Below are positions 18,156 to 25,707 of a stretch of 26,191 nt of DNA, in pieces. The notes beneath the pieces are model-generated. The model saw only the letters and a program-made list of their open reading frames with translations, was not told the origin of the DNA and searched no databases. Both the position numbers and the translations under genes were made by a program. Location: positions 1 through 26,191 of IMG/VR virus record IMGVR_UViG_3300024251_000111; one strand, written 5' to 3'. The first letter of the stretch is position 1. Each line of letters starts with the position of its first letter. This DNA comes from a virus. Its lineage: Duplodnaviria > Caudoviricetes.

Positions 18156-18385
18156 TTGCTCCCCTTTCGCTGGCGCTGGCCGGATTCACGGGCGGTGAGT
18201 GGGCGCACAGCATGCGCACTGTAAATGCTTCCGTAGGCATCTTTGTACCACCAGCCGTTATCCCATGAAGCGCAACGGTCAGCAGAATAGTGGCGGCGAT
18301 AGATACGGAAATATGTCTTGAACACTCGTACCACTTGTCCGGTACGAAACTTCGGCCCCGCTTTGGCTTTCTCGCTCCGCTTCAT
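18152..18385 (-). CDS. Small SH3/KOW-like protein
   Basis: PKFRTGQVVRV...WWY; ATGA-coupled start at 18385. Confidence 0.6.
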   Translation of the reverse strand: MKRSEKAKAGPKFRTGQVVRVFKTYFRIYRRHYSADRCASWDNGWWYKDAYGSIYSAHAVRPLTARESGQRQRKGSK

Positions 18386-18561
18386 CGGGTGCTCTCCGGT
18401 TCCCAATAACTCATGTCTGAATCAACTGCTTCCTCTGGCGTCAAACCGTCTTTCCACGCATCTTTCCAGCACTCTTGCAAATAGTATTCGTCGCCGAGAT
18501 AGTAGCCCTGAATCGACTTTGCGTAGACAATCATCTTTTGCTGAAACTCTTCGTAACTCAT
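18382..18561 (-). CDS. Hypothetical protein, 59 aa (below track cutoff)
   Basis: MSYEEFQQKM...WKDAWKDGLTPEEAVDSDMSYWEPESTR*; ATGA-coupled at both ends. Confidence 0.75.
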   Translation of the reverse strand: MSYEEFQQKMIVYAKSIQGYYLGDEYYLQECWKDAWKDGLTPEEAVDSDMSYWEPESTR

Positions 18562-18758
18562 GTCTCAACCTCAATGCTATAAATCGCTCCACAATAACCG
18601 CAGAATGTCTGCCAGCGTATTTGCCGCTCGCGTTCAGGCTTCAGACGTTTTGGCTTGTCAACTTCCTTCCCGCAATTAGGACAAAACTCAGGTTCGAGTT
18701 GCGCCAACTGACGCAGCAACGGCTTTGTGGGATTAATTTCAGTGTCGCGTGTGCTCAT
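18558..18758 (-). CDS. Zinc-ribbon protein
   Basis: CPNCG...CGYCG. Confidence 0.65.
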   Translation of the reverse strand: MSTRDTEINPTKPLLRQLAQLEPEFCPNCGKEVDKPKRLKPERERQIRWQTFCGYCGAIYSIEVET

Positions 18759-18925
18759 CGTCCGCTCTCTTTCTCTGGCTGGCCCTGCGCCGCACTATTA
18801 ACGAGGAGAGGGGCCCCCTCCCCAACCGGACGCTTCGAGGTTCCATGTTGACAGGGTGGGTCAGAGCATGGATTATGGCGGACGGTTGGGGAAGGGAAGT
18901 CGTTGGGGAAGCCGGGGGGCGTCAT
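18755..18925 (-). CDS. Hypothetical Pro-rich protein, 56 aa (below track cutoff)
   Basis: MTPPGFPNDFP...QPEKESGR*; ATGA-coupled at both ends. Confidence 0.45.
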   Translation of the reverse strand: MTPPGFPNDFPSPTVRHNPCSDPPCQHGTSKRPVGEGAPLLVNSAAQGQPEKESGR

Positions 18926-19086
18926 CGCCCACCCTCATCAGGCGGTACGTTCTGTATCGCCCGTTCTGCGTTGAAGGCTCGCTCCTGCTCGTTCACGAAG
19001 TCGATGGCTGCGCCGAGGTCACACTCGCCACTGGGGTGCTTAAAAAGTTGAACAATAGCTCTTGCGTCGTCTAATGAGATTTCCAT
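18922..19086 (-). CDS. Hypothetical protein, 54 aa (below track cutoff)
   Basis: GGAGG RBS; MEISLDDARAIVQLFKHP...EGGR*. Confidence 0.7.
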   Translation of the reverse strand: MEISLDDARAIVQLFKHPSGECDLGAAIDFVNEQERAFNAERAIQNVPPDEGGR

Positions 19087-20567
19087 TGTACATCCTCCAT
19101 TTTATCCCACCGCTTCCCTAGCGCCACCCCTACTTCCACGCTTAGCCCATCGGGGCATATCTCATTCACCAGCACCGGACTGGCCTTCTCCATCTCAGAT
19201 GCAATCGCCGGGATAAGGTTGTCTAGCTCGGGATCGGGTATCTCGTACATGAGGTCGTCGTGTATCTGGTTGATTAGGTACTGCCCACATACCGGGTCCA
19301 GCCGGAGCATCGCCTCTTTGATATGGCAGAAGGCATCATTCGCGGGCAAGAAGGCGATAGCTGCTTCACTGTCGTCCCCACCCTGCTGCCACTGCCCTCC
19401 GCCCCACCGGAATACCTCCCAGAAGTACCGAATACATCCAAATCGTGAGATGAGATAACCCTGCTCATGCGCCAGCGCCCTCACATCATCCCGCCATTTG
19501 TTAGCGCGTGGGAATAGAGCGTTGAGCATATCTACCGTTCGCTTAGCATCCCCTTGGCTCTCGAACGCTTCCCGGTACATGTTGTAGAGTTTACGGTAGC
19601 CCATACCGAACCCGTACCCGAGAATAGCTCGCTTAGCCTTGTAGTCTCGGATGAACCGATGCTCTTTCTTAACTTGGCTGAGAACTTTTGATAGGTCTGC
19701 GTCTGCCCATCCCAGCATTCTATCTCTATCGGGGTGCCGGACGAGATGGGCGGTGAGGTATGAATGGATGTCCAGTTTGGCCAGTCGAAGGTAATCCTTA
19801 TCCCGTGCTTCAAACGCAAGCGTCTGCGCGTGGAACGATTTGTAGTCGAATGAGACAAGTGTGTGTCCCTCCTTTGCGATCACCATGCTGCGGAACATGT
19901 CCGCTATTTCTTTTTTCGTGTCCTCGCCATGTTTAGGCGCGTTCTGGACATTCGGCCTGCGAGTAGCCAACTGGCCAGTGCCGGTATCGTAGTAAAAAGT
20001 AGGATGTACACGACCGGCTTTGGTAGGGACCCAGTTCGCCATATGATTATTAAGCACAGTAGAAATGTTGCGATACTCCAAAACAGCGTCATATAGTAAG
20101 TCCTTCGTCTGGTTAGCTAATCTCACTAGCTCCGGCTCAACGGTGGTCGGCTTGTTCTCTTTGAATGACAGGGGAACCTTGTGATTGCGATACTTCATGT
20201 AGCGAATGAGCCCGTCATGGGAGGGCTTCCACTCGTTTAAACGGCACCATCTTTCCTCTTGTAGCGTCTCATCCCCATTAACGGTAGGAAAATACCTCTT
20301 AACCATTCCCGCCGTGTCCTTCGGCTCGCGCTTGTACCCTTTCGGCGGCTTGCACGTCTTGACCTCCGGGGGGATGAGGGCCTGCATAGCCTTCTCACAC
20401 TCCCCTTGGCGACTTTGCAATTCGCTAAGGACCTCGGCATGGCGAGCGGGGGCGACGGGCATACCCTTCTTGCCCATTGCCACTAGTATCGGTTCGAGCA
20501 TTAGTACGTATCGTTGATACCCGGTATGGACGCCACGGTCGCGAAGGTCTTGGAGAAGATTACCCAC
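19071..20567 (-). CDS. polA: Family A DNA polymerase, polymerase domain (divergent active site)
   Basis: GRVHP, TG(Q)L..PNVQN, motif A FDYKSFHA, DIH, motif B AKRAILGYGFGMG, GY..SRFG..R, motif C QIHDDL. Confidence 0.9.
   Translation of the reverse strand: MGNLLQDLRDRGVHTGYQRYVLMLEPILVAMGKKGMPVAPARHAEVLSELQSRQGECEKAMQALIPPEVKTCKPPKGYKREPKDTAGMVKRYFPTVNGDETLQEERWCRLNEWKPSHDGLIRYMKYRNHKVPLSFKENKPTTVEPELVRLANQTKDLLYDAVLEYRNISTVLNNHMANWVPTKAGRVHPTFYYDTGTGQLATRRPNVQNAPKHGEDTKKEIADMFRSMVIAKEGHTLVSFDYKSFHAQTLAFEARDKDYLRLAKLDIHSYLTAHLVRHPDRDRMLGWADADLSKVLSQVKKEHRFIRDYKAKRAILGYGFGMGYRKLYNMYREAFESQGDAKRTVDMLNALFPRANKWRDDVRALAHEQGYLISRFGCIRYFWEVFRWGGGQWQQGGDDSEAAIAFLPANDAFCHIKEAMLRLDPVCGQYLINQIHDDLMYEIPDPELDNLIPAIASEMEKASPVLVNEICPDGLSVEVGVALGKRWDKMEDVQWKSH
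20234..20245. repeat. GTTTAAAC-core motif copy 3
   Basis: CGTTTAAACGGC. Confidence 0.8.
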
Positions 20568-21717
20568 CAGTAATTATCCTTGAAACAATATCAACATCGG
20601 CAACACCGTAAAATTCGGGATGGCTACTATGCAGGTGTTTCCAAGGGCCAAACTCGCACGCATAAAACGACGCAATGAACTGAAGGGACGCCTTCAGGTC
20701 CGGCTGAAGGTGATGCCACGCCCACCTCACATCATGCCTCACGCCCCTCAATGGACAACCGTGTGCTTCGAGGAGGGGGTCGTCGAACCGCCAAGTATTT
20801 GCCCCCGCTTTGACATTTGGTAGATCACATACTCTACGGGCAATCTCGATAAAAGGCTCGCGCCAAGGGAGAAAAATGCCGCTCCGAGGGCGAGGAGAAA
20901 ACTGGATAGATAGAATCTGAACTTCACCCAGTTCGTCGCTTTCATCTTCTGAGGTGGCGGCTGATCGTGGAGTCTCAATATCGTACGATAGGATGGCATC
21001 AGGGTTACGCTCCATGTACGTTAGGAATAGCTCGGCCTCGCGGGGCGTCGGTTTGGTTAGATACTCCGCTGGCACTGTGGGGTTGTATGGGTCCGGCAGG
21101 CGCTCGGGGTGCTCCCATACCCTATCACGCGAGAGGACCGCCGAGTAAAATTTACCTACCTGCCCCACTTTCGTATTGGCGACAGTCACCGCCAGCTTTA
21201 TATCATCCATGAGCACAGAGAGCAAGGGCATCGCGCCCCGTCGCAGGAACGAGGGATGGAATGAGGAGACTACTGGAATATCGTATAGAGAAGGCAAAGG
21301 ATAACCGCGCATATGGCCAACGCCACGAAAGGGTCCGGCAAGCCCGGTGGTCGCCCGTAGCGCGATGTTGCCCAGTGCAAGGATGCAACGCGGGCGGTAG
21401 TCATTTATCACCTTCTGCAACTGGGGGAGTCCCCATGAAATAGCCGCCGCCTCCCAAGGTGCCTTCTCAAGCCAATTATTAGGCGGGCGCACAGGTACAA
21501 CATTCCACAACACAAACTGATCGCGAGCAAATCCAGCGCGACGCATAGCACGATCAAGAACGGAACCAGCAGGGGCGTAAGGTCGGAAGGGTAGTCCATC
21601 ATGGGCCTCCTGTTCGCCTAGTGCTTCCCCGAGGATGAGGACGCCGATGGAGCCGGTCCCGTCAGGGGTGCTGAATCCTGTAGCCCCGGGAATTGGGCAG
21701 TCTGATGGGGTAATCAC
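20560..21717 (-). CDS. Uracil-DNA glycosylase-like domain fused to a 3'-5' exonuclease (N-terminal half of the DNA polymerase)
   Basis: UDG family 4-like GEALGEQE, PF..AG, NVV..RPP.N, LGNIA, HPSF; exo I YDIET, exo II N..FD, exo III YGVAD; GTGA-coupled start at 21717 (track start 21741). Confidence 0.85.
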   Translation of the reverse strand: MITPSDCPIPGATGFSTPDGTGSIGVLILGEALGEQEAHDGLPFRPYAPAGSVLDRAMRRAGFARDQFVLWNVVPVRPPNNWLEKAPWEAAAISWGLPQLQKVINDYRPRCILALGNIALRATTGLAGPFRGVGHMRGYPLPSLYDIPVVSSFHPSFLRRGAMPLLSVLMDDIKLAVTVANTKVGQVGKFYSAVLSRDRVWEHPERLPDPYNPTVPAEYLTKPTPREAELFLTYMERNPDAILSYDIETPRSAATSEDESDELGEVQILSIQFSPRPRSGIFLPWREPFIEIARRVCDLPNVKAGANTWRFDDPLLEAHGCPLRGVRHDVRWAWHHLQPDLKASLQFIASFYACEFGPWKHLHSSHPEFYGVADVDIVSRIITGG

Positions 21718-21923
21718 TCGGAGTGCCCAATTTTCTTCCACACGGTCGAGAAGAACTTAATGGGAGGCTTATCCCATCCCAAATCCGGGCCACTGATGCG
21801 ACTCACCCCGACTGTGCCATTGTACTCATCTTCGCGCACTATCCCGATGGACCCTTTTCGTTTTACCCACGCATCTTTGCTCGTGTCGTCATACTCCACA
21901 ATGTCACCCTTCTTGAGCATCAT
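21714..21923 (-). CDS. Small KOW/SH3-like protein
   Basis: LKKGDIVEY...IGIV; GGAGG RBS. Confidence 0.65.
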   Translation of the reverse strand: MMLKKGDIVEYDDTSKDAWVKRKGSIGIVREDEYNGTVGVSRISGPDLGWDKPPIKFFSTVWKKIGHSE

Positions 21924-21928
21924 CTCCT

Positions 21929-21941
21929 CCGTTTAAACGGC
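21929..21941. repeat. GTTTAAAC-core motif copy 4 (intergenic, abutting an RBS)
   Basis: CCGTTTAAACGGC. Confidence 0.85.
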
Positions 21942-21942
21942 A

Positions 21943-22007
21943 AAGGGCTGGAGCGCGAACGCCAGCCCTTCACCTATCACCCGCCCACCGCCAAGTGTTG
22001 CGGGTGA
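21943..22007 (-). terminator. Two tandem hairpins downstream of the SSB-like gene (terminator/processing site candidate)
   Basis: AAGGGCTGG/CCAGCCCTT (21943-21970) and TCACCCGC/GCGGGTGA (21977-22007); only a weak U-tract. Confidence 0.45.
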
Positions 22008-22012
22008 ATCTC

Positions 22013-22588
22013 TTACTTGGTCTTGGTCCGCGTTCCAGCGGGGGCGTAGGCGGTGATCGTGTTATAGCCCTTGTCGTCGATGTTCAGCCGCACATCGGCA
22101 GTCTTGCCAACGAACGGAGTGGGGATGATATTTCCCTCGGGGGTGCGCTTCAACCCCGACCCGATAGCCTTCGTGAATTGGCCTAAGCCAGCGATGGCGA
22201 GAGAGGACCGTTGCGCGTCACTCTGGCCGGGCCACGCGCCCTTCACTCCCTTGAACTCCTCCCGCAACTCTTTAATCACGGCGAGCCGTTCAGTGGTGAG
22301 GTCCTCGACCCGATAGTTGAACGACTCGAAGGTGTTGCGCGTCCCGAGTGCGCCCCCGTTGAGGCTAAAGCACACCCTCAGGTTGCGCGAGTCGCCCTTC
22401 TTGGAGGCGGTGTCCTCGGTGACGAACTGCTTGCCGCGTGAGGTCGCATAGCCCTCGATAATGCTGGCGGGATACCACCCCGCAGGCCACGCACCTCCCG
22501 CTTCCTCGGCAAAGTCCGTCAGTGACGGCACATCCTCCGAGAAGCTAGTCCCTCCAATGAATACTTCACTTGTTGCTTCTGCTGACAT
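22013..22588 (-). CDS. DUF669-like single-stranded DNA-binding protein (putative)
   Basis: WPAGWYPASI...SKKGD..L.V.F OB-fold-like pattern; AAGGAGAG RBS before ATG 22588; next to the annealase. Confidence 0.55.
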   Translation of the reverse strand: MSAEATSEVFIGGTSFSEDVPSLTDFAEEAGGAWPAGWYPASIIEGYATSRGKQFVTEDTASKKGDSRNLRVCFSLNGGALGTRNTFESFNYRVEDLTTERLAVIKELREEFKGVKGAWPGQSDAQRSSLAIAGLGQFTKAIGSGLKRTPEGNIIPTPFVGKTADVRLNIDDKGYNTITAYAPAGTRTKTK

Positions 22589-22739
22589 TGTTCTCTCCTT
22601 TGAGATATGTCTCAAAAAATTGTGCGTTCTCAATTACATTGGTTGGATGCGGTCGCCCCATACCTGCCATTAGCTTGAAAGCATAATCCAACGCCTGTGT
22701 GCGGAGGAATATCTCGTTACTCTTCTCGACTTCGGTCAT
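22566..22739 (-). CDS. Small helical protein, 57 aa (below track cutoff)
   Basis: MTEVEKSNEIFLRTQALDYA...VIENAQFFETYLKGE; ATGA-coupled with AGGAG RBS. Confidence 0.7.
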   Translation of the reverse strand: MTEVEKSNEIFLRTQALDYAFKLMAGMGRPHPTNVIENAQFFETYLKGENNVSRSNK

Positions 22740-23386
22740 GAGTGACTCCTTATCCCCGCAGGAATAGCAGCGGTAGCGAGGGGCGGCGCTTCATCTTCCT
22801 CCGTGCCCCCCGGCGCGACATACTCGCACGCGTGGGCCACTGTGTTCAGTTCGAGCATGTGCTCGGGGTTCCCCTGCCAATTGGGATTAGTTTTCTTATA
22901 CCAGCGCGATAGCCGCGCCACTCGCGTGATCGGCTTCTCCCACCCGTCCACCGTGACAGTGGCGGTGCATTCGAGGTCGGTCTTTTGGACGCATCCCGGC
23001 AATTCAATCTTCTCCCCGGTGTCCCTCATCTTCACTTCGATGCCCTTTACATTGCCAGTGGCTAGGGCTTGTTTAATTTTAAATTTATTAGAAGTCCCCC
23101 ATCGGCCCTCACCCGTGGGGAACAACTCCCCCTTCATGGCATCGGCCCCGATGTTCTTGGCGTAGGCCAGTCCCCACAATATATCGGGAACTGAACACAT
23201 CTTCCATTGCCCCCGCTTCAGCATGATAATCTGCTGCATCAGGGTCCATTCCGCGAAGTTGCCACTCGTGGGCAACGGTGCGGATAGTTCAGTTGATCGC
23301 CCAGCGGCGTCAAAGTCCTTCACCGTCAGGGTAAAGTCCCCCTTCGTTGGAACTATCGCCGTCCCGGTTCCTTCTAGTTCAGCCAT
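22736..23386 (-). CDS. Bet/RecT-like ssDNA annealing protein
   Basis: AK..GAD..KGE.F, CTATV, NPNW...PEHML..A.A; adjacent to the nuclease. Confidence 0.65.
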   Translation of the reverse strand: MAELEGTGTAIVPTKGDFTLTVKDFDAAGRSTELSAPLPTSGNFAEWTLMQQIIMLKRGQWKMCSVPDILWGLAYAKNIGADAMKGELFPTGEGRWGTSNKFKIKQALATGNVKGIEVKMRDTGEKIELPGCVQKTDLECTATVTVDGWEKPITRVARLSRWYKKTNPNWQGNPEHMLELNTVAHACEYVAPGGTEEDEAPPLATAAIPAGIRSHS

Positions 23387-23606
23387 TCTTGTCCCCCTTC
23401 CCTCTCATATACACTATCTCCGAATCCTTCAACACAGCTAAGATTCCCTCTAGGGTGTTACGGATGCTTTCAAGCATCTCTAACTGTATGGTCCCCGGAT
23501 TGCGTGTCTCTGGTTTGCCGTCACCGCTGCCATATGCCCATTCAGGACGAACCCTCTCATTTTTGCCGGTCTTGTCACACTTACGTTTTACTTCGGCTTC
23601 CTTCAT
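23379..23606 (-). CDS. Hypothetical protein
   Basis: Coupled ORF with amphipathic C-terminal helix. Confidence 0.6.
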   Translation of the reverse strand: MKEAEVKRKCDKTGKNERVRPEWAYGSGDGKPETRNPGTIQLEMLESIRNTLEGILAVLKDSEIVYMRGKGDKNG

Positions 23607-24430
23607 GGCTGCACATCCAGCACAAACTTTGTCGCCTCGACTGCCATTAACGAGCGGTAATACTCAGCCATTGCCCCGTGGAAGTCCGTTCCATACGCAA
23701 GGGCCTCGGTCGCGGGCATCGTCAGGTGCTCCTCATGTTTCTTTCTGAATTGCTCCCTACAACCAAGCCAATCGTTGACTGAGGATTGCCTCAGCACCAC
23801 TAAGTCCCGTTTAAACGGCACCATCGCCAGCGCATCGGCAATATACTGCTCATCAGGTTTGATGCTGGCACCCTCGGGAACGTAACTCCAATTCTGCTTC
23901 TGGCAGCCCTTCTCGAAGAAGGGGCAGACGTAGCTCGTGCCGAACTGGAAGCATCGCTGGAAGTTAGTGGGCCACGGCTCACTGCCACGCGCCCGGTATG
24001 CTCTCATCTCATCGGCAATCTGCAATAGTTGCCCCTCCCAGTGCTTCAACTCAGCAGGGGTGTACGAATACCACGCATGGTCGAACGTAGGCGTGGTGCG
24101 CTCTTTGAATGCTTTACGGACGGTGAACGTGAAACAGTTCCCCATAATAGAGGGATCACGCGCTACTAGGACGCCATAGGTGAGCGACTGAGGAGTCATG
24201 CGCCACATTTGCTTCCACGTATTTTTCTCACGGGGATTGGCGGTTTTCCACTCCCCGAAGAACAACTTCCCCTCGCCGTTATATCCAAGCGCATCAATGG
24301 TCCCGGCGAGCAAAGTGTTGTCGCTTAGCCACACGGCCTTCTGCGCCTCCACCGCTCTCCACTCAATCTCATGGTCGGCAGCCCAGAAGTGCGACTTCCA
24401 CCCGGTTATCATATCGTCGAGTTGGGTCAT
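23603..24430 (-). CDS. PD-(D/E)XK Cas4/AddB-like exonuclease, apparently circularly permuted
   Basis: VE, GTID, EWKT, Q..TY, C-x8-CPF-x4-C, then the S.S..C..G..FH segment at the C-terminus. Confidence 0.85.
   Translation of the reverse strand: MTQLDDMITGWKSHFWAADHEIEWRAVEAQKAVWLSDNTLLAGTIDALGYNGEGKLFFGEWKTANPREKNTWKQMWRMTPQSLTYGVLVARDPSIMGNCFTFTVRKAFKERTTPTFDHAWYSYTPAELKHWEGQLLQIADEMRAYRARGSEPWPTNFQRCFQFGTSYVCPFFEKGCQKQNWSYVPEGASIKPDEQYIADALAMVPFKRDLVVLRQSSVNDWLGCREQFRKKHEEHLTMPATEALAYGTDFHGAMAEYYRSLMAVEATKFVLDVQP
23807..23819. repeat. GTTTAAAC-core motif copy 5
   Basis: CCGTTTAAACGGC. Confidence 0.85.
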
Positions 24431-24642
24431 TTCGCCCCCACCACTGCAAACTTTTTGCTAAGCGATTCAAGCACCGGCATTTGAACAGAACCGATGTTGA
24501 TATTCTCCCCTGTCGCCTGCACGTACACATTCTTGTCAATGCCAATGCCCATCATTGAGATGAGCATAGCCTCCTGCCCGTTCACCGCGTTATACCTGAT
24601 GGTAATGGTCGCATCGCCCTTCTCTATGATTTCGGCTATCAT
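24427..24642 (-). CDS. Hypothetical protein
   Basis: GGAGAGGGG RBS supports ATG 24642 (MIAEIIEKGD). Confidence 0.65.
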   Translation of the reverse strand: MIAEIIEKGDATITIRYNAVNGQEAMLISMMGIGIDKNVYVQATGENINIGSVQMPVLESLSKKFAVVGAK

Positions 24643-24734
24643 GTAATTCCCCTCTCCCGTAGGATGCCCTCCTCTAAAAAAGGTTGTATCCCCTGCCCCA
24701 AAAAGCGCATCATAGCCTAAGTAACTCACCCCAC

Positions 24735-24804
24735 CCCTGTCGCACAGGGACCCCTGCAACATGGCCACCGTTTAAACGGCGGTGGCCACCCTCCCTAACG
24801 GGAG
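24735..24804. promoter_or_regulatory. Triple-hairpin divergent intergenic region containing motif copy 6 (24768-24780)
   Basis: CCCTGT/ACAGGG, TGGCCACCG/CGGTGGCCA and CTCCC/GGGAG inverted repeats. Confidence 0.6.
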
Positions 24805-24815
24805 CATGGAGAACA

Positions 24816-25505
24816 ATGGCACCGAATAGTGATTATCTAATCGATGGAATTTTACCTAAGCAGGAAGTCCACCTCCTCGCCGGAGTGACAGGCGCGGGCA
24901 AAACCACATGGCTCTTTCATACGTTGCTCGAATGGGAGAAGGGCCTCCCCGTCCTCGGCCTCACATCCCACCCCGTCCCTTGGGCCTACGTCGCCGCTGA
25001 TAGGTCCATCGCCTCAGCCTACAGGACGATGAACGCAATGGGCCTCCCCCTCAACTCAGTCAACATCATCCCCGCCCACGGTGCAGACCGCAAGAATTGG
25101 CAAGGTGTAGTGAACGCGCTCGCAGACAAGGGCGCGGAGTTCGCCGTGGTAGAGGGCTTTGGCGGATTCGTCGGTGGCACTGGCACTCACCACGACGTTG
25201 CCCAATTCATGCACGACGTTTGCGCCTCGACCGCCCCCTCCAGGCTGTTCCCCAATGGCCTCACCATTATGGGAGTAATGGAATCTCCAAAGATGAAACC
25301 TGCTGAGAAATATGCGTTACCCCGGCAACGCATCAGTGGCGTAGCCACATGGGGCCATATGGCGGATTGCATCTTCTTGATAGAACACGCCAACCCTAAG
25401 CAACAGGGCTGCGCCGACCGTGTGCTCTACGTGTGCCCTCGCATCGGGCGTGACCTTGAGATGAAAGGTTCATTCAAGGGGACTAATCATCTAACTTTCC
25501 CCTAA
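24816..25505 (+). CDS. RecA-fold AAA_25/RepA-like helicase-type ATPase
   Basis: YLIDGILP..EVHLLAGVTGAGKT (Walker A), FAVVEG (Walker B), ISG..W..AD; GGAGA RBS before ATG 24816. Confidence 0.8.
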   Translation: MAPNSDYLIDGILPKQEVHLLAGVTGAGKTTWLFHTLLEWEKGLPVLGLTSHPVPWAYVAADRSIASAYRTMNAMGLPLNSVNIIPAHGADRKNWQGVVNALADKGAEFAVVEGFGGFVGGTGTHHDVAQFMHDVCASTAPSRLFPNGLTIMGVMESPKMKPAEKYALPRQRISGVATWGHMADCIFLIEHANPKQQGCADRVLYVCPRIGRDLEMKGSFKGTNHLTFP

Positions 25506-25707
25506 AGAGTTCAAGCTCGTCATCCAAAGGGCCACAAGCGAAGTCAAAATCAGGATGGCGAGAACGAAAGCATTCCCCCACAAAGAACCAGTTAACACCT
25601 ATACAACCATGCCAATCAGGGGTAATTACTATTCCAAGGTATTTCTCGTGGTAGAGGACAATATCCCCCCGTTTAAACGGCGCGTTCTCTTCACGTGTCT
25701 TTGACAT
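25483..25707 (-). CDS. Small KOW/SH3-like protein
   Basis: PFKRGDIVLY...LGIV; GGAGGT RBS. Confidence 0.65.
   Translation of the reverse strand: MSKTREENAPFKRGDIVLYHEKYLGIVITPDWHGCIGVNWFFVGECFRSRHPDFDFACGPLDDELELFRGKLDD
25669..25681. repeat. GTTTAAAC-core motif copy 7
   Basis: CCGTTTAAACGGC. Confidence 0.85.

Noticed and set aside
17495-19074. Plus-strand ORFs 17495..17944, 18318..18851, 18749..19051
   Set aside because: They are antisense to a fully tiled, coupled minus-strand gene run
20545-20585. Intron or intein at the polymerase split
   Set aside because: There is no intervening sequence; the two ORFs overlap by 8 nt
24643-24815. Extended overlapping starts at 24684 (+) and 24768 (-)
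   Set aside because: Better RBS-supported starts exist at 24816 and 24642; the extensions run through hairpins and look non-protein-like
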